Source: Hypanus sabinus (lineage: Eukaryota). Taken from it: a stretch of 64,000 nt of DNA. The first letter of the stretch is position 1; the number at the start of each line of letters is the position of its first letter. The translations under genes and the position numbers were made by a program. The notes below the pieces were generated by a model that saw only the letters and a program-made list of their open reading frames with translations, had not been told where the DNA came from and searched no databases. Shown here piece after piece: positions 62,615 to 64,000 of this stretch. The stretch is from the NCBI RefSeq assembly GCF_030144855.1, contig NC_082707.1:26660001-26724000 (forward strand). The letters run 5' to 3'.

Positions 62615-63449
62615 ATGTCTACGAGGAGTGGGAAGAATCTGCATGAACCTACTGACAAAGGTAAAGGAAAAGGAAAGATGCCAAAAGAAAGATCTGATGA
62701 AATGCCATCATGGGCTGAAGATATTGTTCGGACACTGAGTTCAATTCAAGATCAGAATAGGGACGTTAAAGATCAACTGGAAAAGAATAATAATGAAATG
62801 AAGTTATTTCTGGGAAAACTTAAAGATGTAGGAACTCAAGTTACTAAACATGAAGAGGAATTGAAGTTAACTAAGCAAAAATTGTCTGAAACCAGAACCC
62901 GTTTGGAAAAATATCAAAATAAGATTATAGACCTGGAAACTGGGTCTTGCCGAAACAATATACGAACTGTTGGATTGCAAGAAGGAGCTGAAAATGGAGA
63001 CTTAACGGTTTACTTTGGTAAGTTCTTTCATACTCTATTTCCGACTATTTTATCACAGCTGTCTGCTACCTTAAGAGCACATGGAGCGTTCACTTCGAAA
63101 TTTAAAGATTCAAGCAGACCAAGATTTATTCTGGTTTGTTTTCATCACTTTAGAATTAAAGATCAAATAATGCGACAGGCAAGAAAACAGGGAGGTTTCA
63201 GATTCAATGAGCCAGAGCTCCATTTTTATAAAGATTACCCAAAAGAAGTAATGGAACAAAGATCAAAATTTGCTTTGATAATAAAACAAGCAAATGATAA
63301 GAAACTATTTCCTTCCCTCTTTGAGTTATCCAACGAGAATGAAAGTTTTTCCTCTTAATTCTTCTCCACACATTTTCTTTGACCCAAAAACCACACTAGA
63401 TTTTGTTCAGGCTATACCTGTCATGGTAACTGATGCTACTACTGAATGA
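62615..63449 (+). pseudogene. L1/Tx1 LINE ORF1 protein (coiled coil + RRM + CTD), one frameshift near 63325
   Basis: Coiled coil, DLETGSCRNNIRTVGLQEGAE, RAH, PRFILVCFHHFRIKDQIM, FYKDYPKEVMEQR, then shifted YPTRMKVF..FFDP..*; 5' UTR from ~62480; AT-rich spacer to the window end. Confidence 0.9.
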
Positions 63450-64000
63450 GCTATCTGAAAAGCTGTTTGATTATCTGTATATTATTCACATTTTGAAAAG
63501 AAGATATTTGAAGGTTATTTGGATATTTCATTGAGAGATTAATAAAAGAAGATAAGAAAATCTGCTCATTATTGCATCCTATTGTATTTTTTTTTGGAAA
63601 GAAAATTTACAGTTCAAGTTTGATTGTTTAAATGGCTAATTAGATATTTGACAGAGAAAAGAGGATAAAAGGATTTGTTCCTTTTATCTAATATTTGGTT
63701 TGATGTTTCTTTTTGTTGTTTCTTAATTTACTAATTGGTAGTTTTTTTCCTACTAATAGGGTTTCTTTATATATATATATATATCCGGGAGGGTTTAGTT
63801 ACTTATGATATTACTAATTAATATTTTTGTAAATTTAGTTCGGTTAAATATACTATTAACCTCTTTTCTATCTGTTTTATTATAGCGTCCTATAATCGAA
63901 TTTAAAGTCTTATTAAAGATGGCACTGGTTTTTCTCCCTAAGAGATTATATTATTTTGGTTCTTTTTATTGGTTAATACATGATGGAATGTAAACAGTCT

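Noticed and set aside
62594-63358. Host coiled-coil gene or L1TD1-like domesticated gene
   Set aside because: Typical L1 ORF1 with a frameshift before the YP(A/T)R motif; no sign of domestication in the sequence

Overview
Eukaryotic, vertebrate, transposon-dominated DNA. The mix of CR1, Rex1/Babar, Neptune/Poseidon Penelope-like elements, V-SINEs and Deu-SINE remnants points to a cartilaginous fish, probably a ray or skate (inference). No host protein-coding gene can be recognised, so the window looks intronic or intergenic with a few unique islands. Most ORFs in the track are retroelement fragments or chance ORFs. Main elements: (1) a full-length but decayed Mag-like Ty3/Gypsy LTR retrotransposon (7588-11925, minus strand, 5-bp TSD GAAGG) inserted in a Rex1 LINE. 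It has a YLDN RT motif and no tRNA primer-binding site. (2) A gamma-type retroviral env TM remnant with PPT and 3' LTR (56016-~56940). (3) Many Penelope-like element (PLE) fragments and short palindromic derivatives carrying minimal, dimer-type hammerhead ribozyme motifs, sometimes on both strands of one hairpin. (4) An L1/Tx1 ORF1 (62615-63449). (5) Harbinger and Tc1 non-autonomous DNA transposons. (6) Solo LTRs and several multi-level nested insertions. Coordinates of decayed repeats were read by eye and are approximate unless TSDs or termini are quoted.
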